From NCBI GenBank assembly GCA_046593015.1, contig JBKJSB010000152.1, positions 1 through 54,261 of the forward strand: 54,261 bases of DNA, written 5' to 3'. The translations under genes were made by a program, and so were the position numbers. Shown piece after piece: positions 45,777 to 54,261 of the stretch (positions are counted from its first letter, which is position 1; each line of letters opens with the position of its first letter). This stretch comes from Bosea sp. (in: a-proteobacteria) (GTDB lineage Bacteria; Pseudomonadota; Alphaproteobacteria; Rhizobiales; Beijerinckiaceae). The notes beneath the pieces were generated by a model, which saw only the letters and a list, made by a program, of their open reading frames with translations, did not search any database and had not been told where the DNA came from.

Positions 45777-47036
45777 ATGACCCAGACGCTTCCCTCCGCC
45801 GCTGTGCTCGGCGCGCGCGCTTTTGCGGCCCTCGAGGGCCTCAACCGCTTCACCGACGAGCCCGGCAAGCTGACCAGGCTCTATCTCTCGCCGGCCCACC
45901 GCCAGGCGGCGGAATGGACGCTGGGCGCGATGGAGGTTGCGGGGCTTTCCGCCCATATCGACGCGGCCGGATCGGTGCAGGGCCGCCGAGAGGGGCCGGT
46001 TCCGGGCGGGCCCTGCGTGATGATCGGCTCGCATATCGACACGGTGAAGGATGGCGGCCGCTTCGACGGCAATCTCGGCGTCGTCGCGGGCATCCTCGTC
46101 GCGCAGGCGCTGCGCGACGCCGGCATCGCCTTGCCCTTCGCGCTGGAGGTGATCGCCTTCGGCGACGAGGAGACGGTGCGCTTCCCGACCTCGTTCTCGA
46201 CCTCGGCCGCGCTGGTCGGCCGCTATGATGAGGGCTGGTTCTCGGCCCGCGATTCCGAGGGCGTGATCCTGCGCGATGCGCTGGTCGGCTTCGGCGGCGA
46301 CCCCGACGGCATCCCGGCGCTTGCGCGAAAACCCGGCTCGATCAAGGCCTATCTCGAGATCCATATCGAGCAGGGGCCGGTGCTGGAGGCGCAGAACGAG
46401 CCGGTCGGCATCGTCACCGCAATCAACGCCCAGAAGCGGGCCCGCGTCCGGGTCACCGGCGAGGCCGGCCATGCCGGCACCGTGCCGATGGCGCTGCGCA
46501 AAGACGCGCTCACCGCCGGCGCCGAGATGGCGCTGGCGCTGGAGGCGATCGCCGCCGCCCACGAGAACGCGGTCGGCACCGTCGGCGTGTTCCGGCCCGA
46601 TCCCGGCGCGACCAATGTCGTGCCCGGCGCGCTCGATTTCACGATCGACTTCCGCGCCCCGAAGAACGAGACGCTGGCCAGCATGGACGCAGCGATCGGC
46701 GAGCGTTTCGCCGCGATCGCGGCGCGACGCGGCGTCGGGCTGACGATGACGCCCTATTCGCATGATCAGGCGACGCCGATGGCGGAGGCCTTGCAGGATG
46801 CCCTGGCCGCAGGCATTGCCCGGACCGGCTCCAATCTGAGCGCGCGCCGCCTGCCTTCGGGCGCTGGTCACGACGCGATGATCATGGCGCGGCTCTGTCC
46901 CGCCGCCATGCTGTTCGTCCGCAACGAGAAGGGCATCAGCCATTCGCCGCTGGAGAACATGACGGAGGCCGATGCCGGGGTCGCGATCCGCGTGCTGCTG
47001 GAAACCGTGCTGGAGCTTGCCCGCCAGGACGCCTGA
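45777..47036 (+). CDS. M20 Zn amidohydrolase (allantoate amidohydrolase/N-carbamoylase family)
   Basis: GSHIDTV..GGRFDG, FGDEE, EIHIEQGP, GHAGT, SGAGHDA, GISHSP. Confidence 0.9.
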   Translation: MTQTLPSAAVLGARAFAALEGLNRFTDEPGKLTRLYLSPAHRQAAEWTLGAMEVAGLSAHIDAAGSVQGRREGPVPGGPCVMIGSHIDTVKDGGRFDGNLGVVAGILVAQALRDAGIALPFALEVIAFGDEETVRFPTSFSTSAALVGRYDEGWFSARDSEGVILRDALVGFGGDPDGIPALARKPGSIKAYLEIHIEQGPVLEAQNEPVGIVTAINAQKRARVRVTGEAGHAGTVPMALRKDALTAGAEMALALEAIAAAHENAVGTVGVFRPDPGATNVVPGALDFTIDFRAPKNETLASMDAAIGERFAAIAARRGVGLTMTPYSHDQATPMAEALQDALAAGIARTGSNLSARRLPSGAGHDAMIMARLCPAAMLFVRNEKGISHSPLENMTEADAGVAIRVLLETVLELARQDA

Positions 47037-47056
47037 CAGGTCGATCGGCGAAGCCG

Positions 47057-47431
47057 TCAGGCCGCCTTCGCGCCGAGGCAGGCGTTGATCTTGCCGAGCA
47101 GGCGCGGCAGGTCGATCGGCTTGGTGTCGAAATCGGCGCAGCCGACCTCGACGCTCTTGGCCCGGTCGCTCGACAAGGCATGCGCCGTCAGCGCGATGAT
47201 CGGGATCGGGGCCGTGCGGGCCGAGGCCTTGATCAGGGTCGTCGCTTCCCAGCCATCCATGTCGCCCAGCGCCACATCCATCAGGATCAGGTCCGGGTTC
47301 TCCTGCGCCGCCATCGCGACGCCGGTCGGCCCGTCAGGCGCGCAGGCGACGGTGAAGCCCTGCCGCTGCAGACGCCTCGTCAGCATGTCGCGGTTCATCT
47401 CATTGTCTTCGACGAGCAGGATCTTAGGCAT
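47057..47431 (-). CDS. Single-domain response regulator (DivK/CheY-like receiver)
   Basis: ILLVEDN, LILMD, IIALTAHA, TKP. Confidence 0.9.
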   Translation of the reverse strand: MPKILLVEDNEMNRDMLTRRLQRQGFTVACAPDGPTGVAMAAQENPDLILMDVALGDMDGWEATTLIKASARTAPIPIIALTAHALSSDRAKSVEVGCADFDTKPIDLPRLLGKINACLGAKAA

Positions 47432-48947
47432 GTGTGCCAACCGTGTTTACCGTTTTGGGAGTGTTGCGCTGGATGACGGCCGCCATGCGCGCGCCGAAGC
47501 GGTCCATGGGGGCCGCCGGCATGTCCGGCTCGTCGAGTGCCGGCAGCGACCGGTCGTCGCTTGGCGGGGCCACCGGCACGATCACGGTGAAGGCGCTGCC
47601 GACGCCTTCCCTGCTCTCGACCAGAATGTCGCCATGCATCAGCCGGCAGAGCTTGCGGCTGAGCGCCAACCCTAAGCCCGTGCCGCCATATTTGCTCGCG
47701 CTTGAATCGTCGCCGACGGTGAACTGCTCGAACAGATGCGCGATCTGGTCGCGGGCGATGCCGATCCCGGTGTCTTCCACGCGCAGGTTCAGCCTCTGCT
47801 CATGGCCAAAGCCCGTCCGGGACGCGATCAGCCTGATCGCGCCGCCATGGGTGAACTTCACCGCATTGTCGAGGACCTGCGACAACGCCTGACGCAGCTT
47901 GGCGCCGTCGCAGACGATGCTGCCCAGCCCCGGGTCGAAGCTCATGCTCAGGCTGTTGCCGCCTCGCTCCGCCGCGACACGGTATTGCTCGACGACCTCC
48001 TCAAGCAGGGGCACGATGTCGAGCGTCTCCGAATCGAGCTCCATCTTGCCGGCTTCGATCTTCGACAGATCGAGGATCTCGTTGACCAGCCTGAGCAGAT
48101 GGTGCCCGGCGCTGTGGATGCGTTCCAGATCGGCGGCCGTCTCGGTGTCGTCCTCTTCGGCGGCGTCTTCGAGCAGAAGCTGGCTGTAGCCGATCACCGC
48201 ATTGAGCGGCGTGCGCAACTCATGGCTCATCTTGGCGAGGAAATCCGCCTTGGCGGCGCCGGCGCGCTCGGCCTCCTCGGTGGCGTGGCGCAGTTCGGCT
48301 GCGGTGACCAGATGGCCGCGCATCTCGCCTTCCAGTTCGCCCTGCGAGGCCAGAACCTTGGCGTAGAACAGCGCCATCATCGTGACATAGAGCGAGGCTG
48401 CGACCGTCGAGACCAGCCCGAGCCCCTGCAGTGCGGCGAAATCCATCGCCGGGGCCTTGGCGAAGCCGCCGAGCGAAAACGCCCAGAAGACCGCGAAATT
48501 CGCGGCGAACATCGCGAGCACGATCAGCCGCAGCCTCGGCTCGGAGCCGATATAGAAGAAGGCCAGCAGCGGAATGGTCAGGACCCAGGGCAGGGTCGGC
48601 GAGGTGACCCCGCCATAGAAGAAACAGCTCCACAGGATGCAGAACATCAGGTTCTGGATCGAGATCAGCGCCAGCAGATGGTAGTGCCCGATCGCGCGCA
48701 GCACGAAGGGAAAGATCCAGAAGCCTGTGATGCAGGCGGCGAGAACCCAGATCGCATAGCCGGGATTCGGATCGAGAATATACAGGGCGAGCGGCACCGT
48801 ATTGCCGATGAACGGCCCGAACAGATGGCTGATCAGGAACATCCGCGCCTGCTTGCGCATCTCGCGATCGGCGGCGATGTCGGCCGGGATGAACCAGTCG
48901 ACGAGGTCGTTCAGGGCCGCCTGGGAGGTGGGGAGCGAGATCGCCAT
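47424..48947 (-). CDS. Membrane sensor histidine kinase A
   Basis: About 6 TMs; FLAKMSHELRTPLNAVIGYS, DNAVKFT, DTGIGI, GGTGLGL. Confidence 0.93.
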   Translation of the reverse strand: MAISLPTSQAALNDLVDWFIPADIAADREMRKQARMFLISHLFGPFIGNTVPLALYILDPNPGYAIWVLAACITGFWIFPFVLRAIGHYHLLALISIQNLMFCILWSCFFYGGVTSPTLPWVLTIPLLAFFYIGSEPRLRLIVLAMFAANFAVFWAFSLGGFAKAPAMDFAALQGLGLVSTVAASLYVTMMALFYAKVLASQGELEGEMRGHLVTAAELRHATEEAERAGAAKADFLAKMSHELRTPLNAVIGYSQLLLEDAAEEDDTETAADLERIHSAGHHLLRLVNEILDLSKIEAGKMELDSETLDIVPLLEEVVEQYRVAAERGGNSLSMSFDPGLGSIVCDGAKLRQALSQVLDNAVKFTHGGAIRLIASRTGFGHEQRLNLRVEDTGIGIARDQIAHLFEQFTVGDDSSASKYGGTGLGLALSRKLCRLMHGDILVESREGVGSAFTVIVPVAPPSDDRSLPALDEPDMPAAPMDRFGARMAAVIQRNTPKTVNTVGTHA

Positions 48948-49044
48948 TCCGTCCTGTCGCAATCGATCGCAGCCGGGTTCGACACTCCATCGGCATCGCG
49001 CAAGTCCGGTCACGAACGCGATGCGAGAATGATGACGGCGCGGC

Positions 49045-49060
49045 GTTAAGGCTGCGTAAA
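49045..49060 (-). promoter_or_regulatory. CtrA-like box (one mismatch) between the divergent kinases
   Basis: Minus strand TTTA-CGCAGCC-TTAAC versus consensus TTAA-N7-TTAAC. Confidence 0.45.
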
Positions 49061-49277
49061 TTCGCGGGCAGCATCAGCACAAGGGCGGGCGGATGTGTCG
49101 GATCGCGTATTTCGGCGACGAATCTCGCAATGGAACGTGGCAATGGGCTCCTGCGAACTGCGCTCGTAAAGCTGCCAACCTCTGCTCTTATAGCTGCGGA
49201 GACCGATTTTTAACTTGGGTCGTGCAAGTCTTCGCACCGGCGGCGCTACTGAAGAGCCGCCCATACGAGACATTTGA

Positions 49278-50702
49278 ATGAACTGGCTGATCCGCATCAT
49301 CGACTGGTTTGTTCCCGAAGCGTCGAAATTCGAGCGTTCGGACCTGAGTCTCGGCCGGAATTTCGTCTTCACCCATCTGTTCGGGCCGCTGCTGTCACAG
49401 TCGATCTCGCTGTTCCTCTATCTGACCGACCCGGCGCCGGGCTTCGCCTGCTGGACGATCATCATCTGCACCTGGCTGTTCTGGCTGCTACCGTTCCTGC
49501 TGAAATACACCCGCAACCTGCAGCTCTGCGCCCTGATCTCGGTCGAACTGCTCGCCTTCACCGCGCTGTTCGGCGCGTTCCACTATGGCGGCGTCTCCTC
49601 GCCCTTCCTGCCCTGGCTGATCGTCAGCCTGCTGCTCGGCTTCTTTTATCTGTCGGACAAGCCGCTGCTGGTGATCGTGCTGTTTGCGCTCAACATCGTC
49701 AGCTTCTACCTCGCCTATGTCGTCTACGGCTTCCCGCAGCTGGTGCCGCTGTCGCAGCTCGAGCCGGTCGGCTGGATCTCGATTCTCTCGGCGACGATCT
49801 ACATGTCCTGGATGGCGATCTACTACGCCAACATCACATCGATGCGCTCCGACATCGAACGCGAGACCGAGCGGCATCGCGCCACCGCGATCCGGCTGCG
49901 GCAGGCCAAGGAACTCGCCGACGCGGCCAACCGCTCCAAGTCGATCTTCCTGGCCAAGATGAGCCATGAGCTGCGCACGCCGCTCAACGCCGTGATCGGC
50001 TACAGCGAAATCCTGCTGGAGACCTTCGAGCCTGACGAACGCAACGCGCACAAGCGCGTCGATCTCGGCCGCATCAACGCCGCCGGCAAGCATCTGCTCG
50101 CGCTCGTCGCCGATGTGCTCGACCTGTCCAAGATCGAATCCAACAGCATCGAGCTGAAGATCGAGAGCTTCGATCTGGCCGAGTTCGCCCGCGACGTCGT
50201 CACCACGACGCAGCGCCTGGCGGCGGAAAAGGGCAATGCGCTGACGCTGAACTGCATCGGCCAGCTCGGGACCGTCTCGACCGACGCCACCAAACTGCGG
50301 CAGGTCGTGCTCAACCTGATCAGCAACGCAGCCAAGTTCACCGAAGGCGGCACGATCGGCCTGACCGTGCGCCGCGACCGCAAGGGCGCCGCCGACTGGA
50401 TCGAGATCCAGGTCCGCGACACCGGCATCGGCATCACGCAGGAGCAACTCCAGCGCCTGTTCCAGAATTTCGGCCAGGCCACCGCCGGCACCGCCGGCAA
50501 ATATGGCGGCACCGGGCTTGGCCTCTCGATCAGCCAGAAGTTCTGCGCCCTGATGGGCGGCGGGATCAGCGTCACCAGCGATCCGGGCCGCGGCTCCTGC
50601 TTCAGTGTCCGCGTTCTGGCCGAGCTTGCGCCGGCGGAGGCGCATGGTGATGCGCCCCCGGAAACGCCGCCCGCTTCCCTTTCCCTCGCTCCGACCATTT
50701 GA
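49278..50702 (+). CDS. Membrane sensor histidine kinase B, paralogue of kinase A
   Basis: DWF.P, HLFGP, YGGVSSPFLPW shared with kinase A; FLAKMSHELRTPLNAVIGYS, NAAKFT, GGTGLGL. Confidence 0.93.
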   Translation: MNWLIRIIDWFVPEASKFERSDLSLGRNFVFTHLFGPLLSQSISLFLYLTDPAPGFACWTIIICTWLFWLLPFLLKYTRNLQLCALISVELLAFTALFGAFHYGGVSSPFLPWLIVSLLLGFFYLSDKPLLVIVLFALNIVSFYLAYVVYGFPQLVPLSQLEPVGWISILSATIYMSWMAIYYANITSMRSDIERETERHRATAIRLRQAKELADAANRSKSIFLAKMSHELRTPLNAVIGYSEILLETFEPDERNAHKRVDLGRINAAGKHLLALVADVLDLSKIESNSIELKIESFDLAEFARDVVTTTQRLAAEKGNALTLNCIGQLGTVSTDATKLRQVVLNLISNAAKFTEGGTIGLTVRRDRKGAADWIEIQVRDTGIGITQEQLQRLFQNFGQATAGTAGKYGGTGLGLSISQKFCALMGGGISVTSDPGRGSCFSVRVLAELAPAEAHGDAPPETPPASLSLAPTI

Positions 50703-50710
50703 GGCACGTC

Positions 50711-52606
50711 ATGGTTTCTCCCATGGGCAGCGCCGGCGAGACCGCCTCCGCCACCCCGCTATGTCAGGAGACCCCGGCGCGGCACCCGGCCGCGCTGCCG
50801 AGCCTGCTGATCGTCGACGACATCGCCGACAACCGCACGATCCTGGCGCGGCGCTTCCAGCGCCGCGGCTTCGAGATCGTCGAGGCATCGAGCGGGCGCG
50901 AGGCGCTGGAACTCATCGCGACGCGGCATTTCGACACCGTCCTGCTCGACGTGATGATGCCGGAGATGGACGGCACCGAGGTGCTGCGCCGTATCCGCGA
51001 GCAGCATTCGGCCAGCGCCATGCCCGTCATCATGGTCACCGCCAAGAGCCAGAGCGAGGACATCGTCGCGGCGCTGGCGCTTGGCGCGAACGACTACGTC
51101 ACCAAGCCTGTCGAGTTCGACGTCGCGCTGGCGCGCGTCACCAGCCAGATCGAGCGCAAGCGCGCCGAGACCGAGGTGCGCCAAGGCGCCGAGCGGCTGC
51201 GCCTGCTCAATGAGGAACTGGAAGCCCGCGTCAACGAGCGCACCGCCAGGCTCTTCGCAGCCAACCAGCAGCTTCAGGACGAGATCGTCCAGCGCCATGA
51301 GACCGAAGCACGGAACGCCTATCTGGCGCGCCACGACGTTCTGACGGGGCTCGGCAACCGATTGATGCTGCGCGAGGGGCTGGAGCGAGCGCTGGGCGGT
51401 TCGACGGCTGGCGACGGGGCGCCAACTTGCGTGCTCTTTATCGATCTCGACGGTTTCAAGAGCATCAATGACGGGCTTGGCCATGCGCTGGGGGACGCCG
51501 TTCTCAAGCTGGTGGCGACGCGTCTGCGCAGCGAGACTGACCCGAGTGACGAGGTCGTGCGGCTGGGCGGCGATGAATTTGCCGTACTCACCACTGGGAC
51601 GGGCGGGATCGAGCGGGCCTCGCGCCTGGCTGGACGCCTGATCGAGGCGCTGAGCGAGACCGCAACGATCGAGGGCAACCTCGTCCATGTCGGCGCCAGC
51701 ATCGGCCTGGCGGTGGCAGGCGTCGATGGCGTGACCGGCGAGGAGTTGATGAAGGCCGCCGACATGGCGCTCTATCGCGCCAAGTCGGAAGGCCGTGGCG
51801 TCTGGCGCGTTTTCGACTCGGCCATGGATGCCTGCGCCCAGGCGCGCCGGCTGCTCGAACTCGATTTGCGCAATGCGCTCAGCGAAGGCGAACTGGCGCT
51901 GTTCTATCAGCCTCTGATCGACATGAAGACCAAGGCCATCACCGGATTCGAGGCGCTGATGCGTTGGCGGCATCCCCAGCGCGGCTATGTCTCACCGGCC
52001 GATTTCATTCCCGTCGCCGAGGATCTCGGGCTGATCGTGCCGCTGGGCGAATGGGCTCTGCGTCAGGCCTGCGTGGAGGCGGTGAAATGGCCGGCCGCGA
52101 TCAAGATCGCCGTCAACCTGTCGCCGATCCAGTTCCAGCGCGGAAACCTCGTGCCGGTCGTCGTTAGCGCGCTGGCGGCGTCCGGCCTCGCGCCGCAGCG
52201 GCTCGAACTGGAGATCACCGAATCGGTGATGCTCGACAGGTCGGCGCAGAACCTCGACACGCTGAAGGCCCTGCGCCATCTCGGCGTGAGGATCGCGGTG
52301 GACGATTTCGGCACCGGCTATTCGAGCCTCAGCTATCTGCGCAGCTTTCCTTTCGACAAGATCAAGATCGACCAGTCCTTCATCCGCGACCTCGGCAATG
52401 GCACGGAGAGCCAGGCGATCGTCGATGCGATCGCGCGGCTGGGCGCGAGCTTCGGCATCACGACGACCGCCGAAGGCGTCGAAACCCAGGCTCAGTTCGA
52501 TCTCTTGAGCAGCAATGGCTGCAACGAGGTCCAGGGCCGGCTCTTCAGCATGCCGGTTCCCGCCGACGAGGTTTCTGGCCTGCTGACGGAGTATTCGGGC
52601 CGCTGA
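50711..52606 (+). CDS. REC-GGDEF-EAL c-di-GMP cyclase/phosphodiesterase
   Basis: LIVDD..LLDVMMP..TKP; HDVLTGLGNR, RLGGDEF; FEALMRW, ELEITE, DDFGTGYSS, KIDQSF, EGVE. Confidence 0.95.
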   Translation: MVSPMGSAGETASATPLCQETPARHPAALPSLLIVDDIADNRTILARRFQRRGFEIVEASSGREALELIATRHFDTVLLDVMMPEMDGTEVLRRIREQHSASAMPVIMVTAKSQSEDIVAALALGANDYVTKPVEFDVALARVTSQIERKRAETEVRQGAERLRLLNEELEARVNERTARLFAANQQLQDEIVQRHETEARNAYLARHDVLTGLGNRLMLREGLERALGGSTAGDGAPTCVLFIDLDGFKSINDGLGHALGDAVLKLVATRLRSETDPSDEVVRLGGDEFAVLTTGTGGIERASRLAGRLIEALSETATIEGNLVHVGASIGLAVAGVDGVTGEELMKAADMALYRAKSEGRGVWRVFDSAMDACAQARRLLELDLRNALSEGELALFYQPLIDMKTKAITGFEALMRWRHPQRGYVSPADFIPVAEDLGLIVPLGEWALRQACVEAVKWPAAIKIAVNLSPIQFQRGNLVPVVVSALAASGLAPQRLELEITESVMLDRSAQNLDTLKALRHLGVRIAVDDFGTGYSSLSYLRSFPFDKIKIDQSFIRDLGNGTESQAIVDAIARLGASFGITTTAEGVETQAQFDLLSSNGCNEVQGRLFSMPVPADEVSGLLTEYSGR

Positions 52607-52641
52607 CTCCACGCGGCGGATTCGCTGGCCAACCTGCTCTT

Positions 52642-52665
52642 GTTAATCAGTTTTTAAGGTTAACC
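52642..52665. promoter_or_regulatory. Full CtrA box plus adjacent half-site upstream of the OmpW gene
   Basis: gttaa-tcagttt-ttaa (TTAA-N7-TTAAC on the minus strand) followed by ggttaacc. Confidence 0.65.
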
Positions 52666-52716
52666 CGCGAAACTTGAGACTAGGAATCATCGTGATTCCG
52701 GTGCTTCGGGTTCGAC

Positions 52717-53412
52717 ATGATCAGCTTTCGATCGGCCATCCTCGGTTTTCTGTGCGCCTGCGCCGGCGTGGCCAGCGCAAACGCGGCCGATCTCGGCATC
52801 CGCAAGAATTATGAGCCGCTTCCGCCGGCGGAGTTCGACTTCAAGCGCTTCTACATCCATGCCGGACCGGCCGGGCTGCTCTACTCCGAGGGCGCGAAGG
52901 TGCGCGCCGCGGGAACGCCGATCCCCGGGGCCGATGTCCGTATTCCCGACTCGCTGACCTTCGCGATCGAGGCCGGCTACTTCTTCACGCCGAATTTCGC
53001 GGTTGGCTTCGCCGGCGGCTTCCCGCCGCTGGTCAAGGTCGAGGCGAAGGGTTCGATCAACGGGCTGGGCACGCTCGGCAAGGTCGCCGGCGGTCCGACC
53101 GCCCTGACGGCGCAGTATCATTTCACCGGTATGGGCAATTTCCAGCCCTATGTCGGCGTCGGCCCCAGCCTGATGATCATCTTCCGGGACCAGGACGGCG
53201 TGGTGACCGATCTGAAAACCGACCACGCGCTCGGCGTCGCCGGCCAGATCGGCTTCAACTACATGTTTAACGAGAGCTGGGGCGTCTTCTTCGACGCCAA
53301 GAAGGTCTATCTGAGGGCAAAGACGGCCGGCAATCTCGGACCCGCGCCCATCAGGGCGACTGTGACGCTCGATCCGCTGGTGCTGCACACCGGCGTGACC
53401 TACCGCTTCTGA
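52717..53412 (+). CDS. ompW: OmpW-family outer membrane beta-barrel protein
   Basis: Signal peptide ANAAD; GYFFTPN, LTAQYHF, FQPYVGVG, DAKK, LDPLV..GVTYRF with terminal Phe. Confidence 0.88.
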   Translation: MISFRSAILGFLCACAGVASANAADLGIRKNYEPLPPAEFDFKRFYIHAGPAGLLYSEGAKVRAAGTPIPGADVRIPDSLTFAIEAGYFFTPNFAVGFAGGFPPLVKVEAKGSINGLGTLGKVAGGPTALTAQYHFTGMGNFQPYVGVGPSLMIIFRDQDGVVTDLKTDHALGVAGQIGFNYMFNESWGVFFDAKKVYLRAKTAGNLGPAPIRATVTLDPLVLHTGVTYRF

Positions 53413-54183
53413 GCAGGAGGAAGCCTGCGACGATCGCCGCATGGACCGGCTGGTCCCAGGACCAGAGCAGCGCGATGACGACAAGCTGCGGCAGCGCCAT
53501 GACCAGCAGGCGAGCTTTGCGGCACCATCGACGCCGAGCTGCACCGGCAGCGATTCAGCTTCATCACCCGGTCGCCCTCGACGGATGTGAAGTCGTTCAG
53601 CGTCATGATGCCATGCGCGCCGATGCCGTAGAGCAGGGCGATCCCGATGGTGCGGCCGTCGGGTACGCCGCCGATCAGCGCGGCGGCACCCGTGAACCAG
53701 GGCAGGCTCTCATAGCAGAACCCGCAGGCGGCGTTGCCGAACCAGCCATTCTGCTTCAGCCGCAGCGGCGGGGCGCTGTAGACCCAGGCCAGCGCCCGCC
53801 CGACGCAGGCCGCGACGAAGACGGCGACGCCGAGCAGGGCAGCGACCCCAAGCGACACGATCGTCCACGCAATGGCGATACAGAGGCCCCAGCGGCCGGG
53901 AATGCGGCCTCACGGGATCGGCCGGTTGGGCTCGTTGATCGCGTCGACATGGCGGTCATACCAGGCGTTGGCCGCCTGACTCGTGCCGCAGACGAGGGGG
54001 GCCGGCCAGCAGGATGCCGAGCGCGATCTGCGGCAGATGCGAGGCGAGCGGCTGTCCCGACGAGACCACGCCGCAGCCATAGGCCCACATCGGGGCAAAC
54101 CAGATGATCGGCTTCAGCAGTTCGAGCACGGCCGCGGGCTGCGGTCGGCTGGAGATCGGCGCGGGGATGATGAGGCGCGTCAT
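53410..54183 (-). pseudogene. bchG: Bacteriochlorophyll synthase, multiply disrupted and 3'-truncated
   Basis: LELLKPI.WF.PMWAY.CGVVS / LVCGTSQA.N.WYDRHVDAINEPNRPIP*GRIPGRWG / YSAPPLRLKQNGW, GAHGIMTLNDF..VEGDR / LPVQLG; shifts near 54000, 53554, 53506; TGA at 53910. Confidence 0.93.
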
Positions 54184-54214
54184 GGCCTGAGAGGCTAGGC
54201 GCACCCTTCAAGAT

Positions 54215-54261
54215 CGTCAATATAAATTGACACATCGGCGCAGACAAATGTCAGTCTGGAC
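54215..54261. promoter_or_regulatory. Tandem PpsR/CrtJ-like operator sites upstream of bchG
   Basis: cGTCAA-tataaa-TTGACA at 54215-54232 (TGT-N12-ACA, one mismatch); second site TGTCAG-tctgga-C begins at 54249 and runs off the window. Confidence 0.65.

Noticed and set aside
47057-47431. Calling the receiver divK
   Set aside because: DivK-like, but no adjacent pleD is seen and orthology cannot be shown from sequence alone
51300-51660. Less GC-biased codon usage within the GGDEF domain
   Set aside because: Impression by eye only; frame and motifs are intact; needs a GC3 sliding-window calculation

Overview
GC-rich alphaproteobacterial (Hyphomicrobiales, Bosea-like by inference) chromosomal window with seven blocks. 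(1) 1-17084: a translationally coupled, uncharacterised catabolic operon with Liv-type ABC ATPases (one fused to a Tm-1/UPF0261 domain), a TIM-barrel protein, a 916-aa flotillin/SPFH protein with a very long hendecad repeat, two SRPBCC proteins, a four-subunit xanthine-oxidase-family molybdoenzyme, CoxD/CoxE-like chaperones and three hydrolase genes. (2) 17158-24609: a sugar-acid (aldarate-type) module with lactonase, kdgD, LysR and TTT transporters, sharing a 19-bp operator. (3) A TetR remnant, a soluble chemoreceptor and recF-dnaN-dnaA-rpsT; dnaA carries a frameshift in its DNA-binding domain. (4) A photosynthesis fossil: crtC plus a crtD::pufM deletion junction. (5) A Wzx/Wzy polysaccharide cluster with a Tat-exported GH10. 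(6) An SDR and an M20 amidohydrolase. (7) A module of twin divergent histidine kinases, a single-domain receiver, REC-GGDEF-EAL and OmpW with CtrA-like boxes, ending in a decayed bchG with PpsR-like sites. No rRNA, tRNA, CRISPR or transposase was recognised. All family calls come from motif recognition by eye, not database searches.
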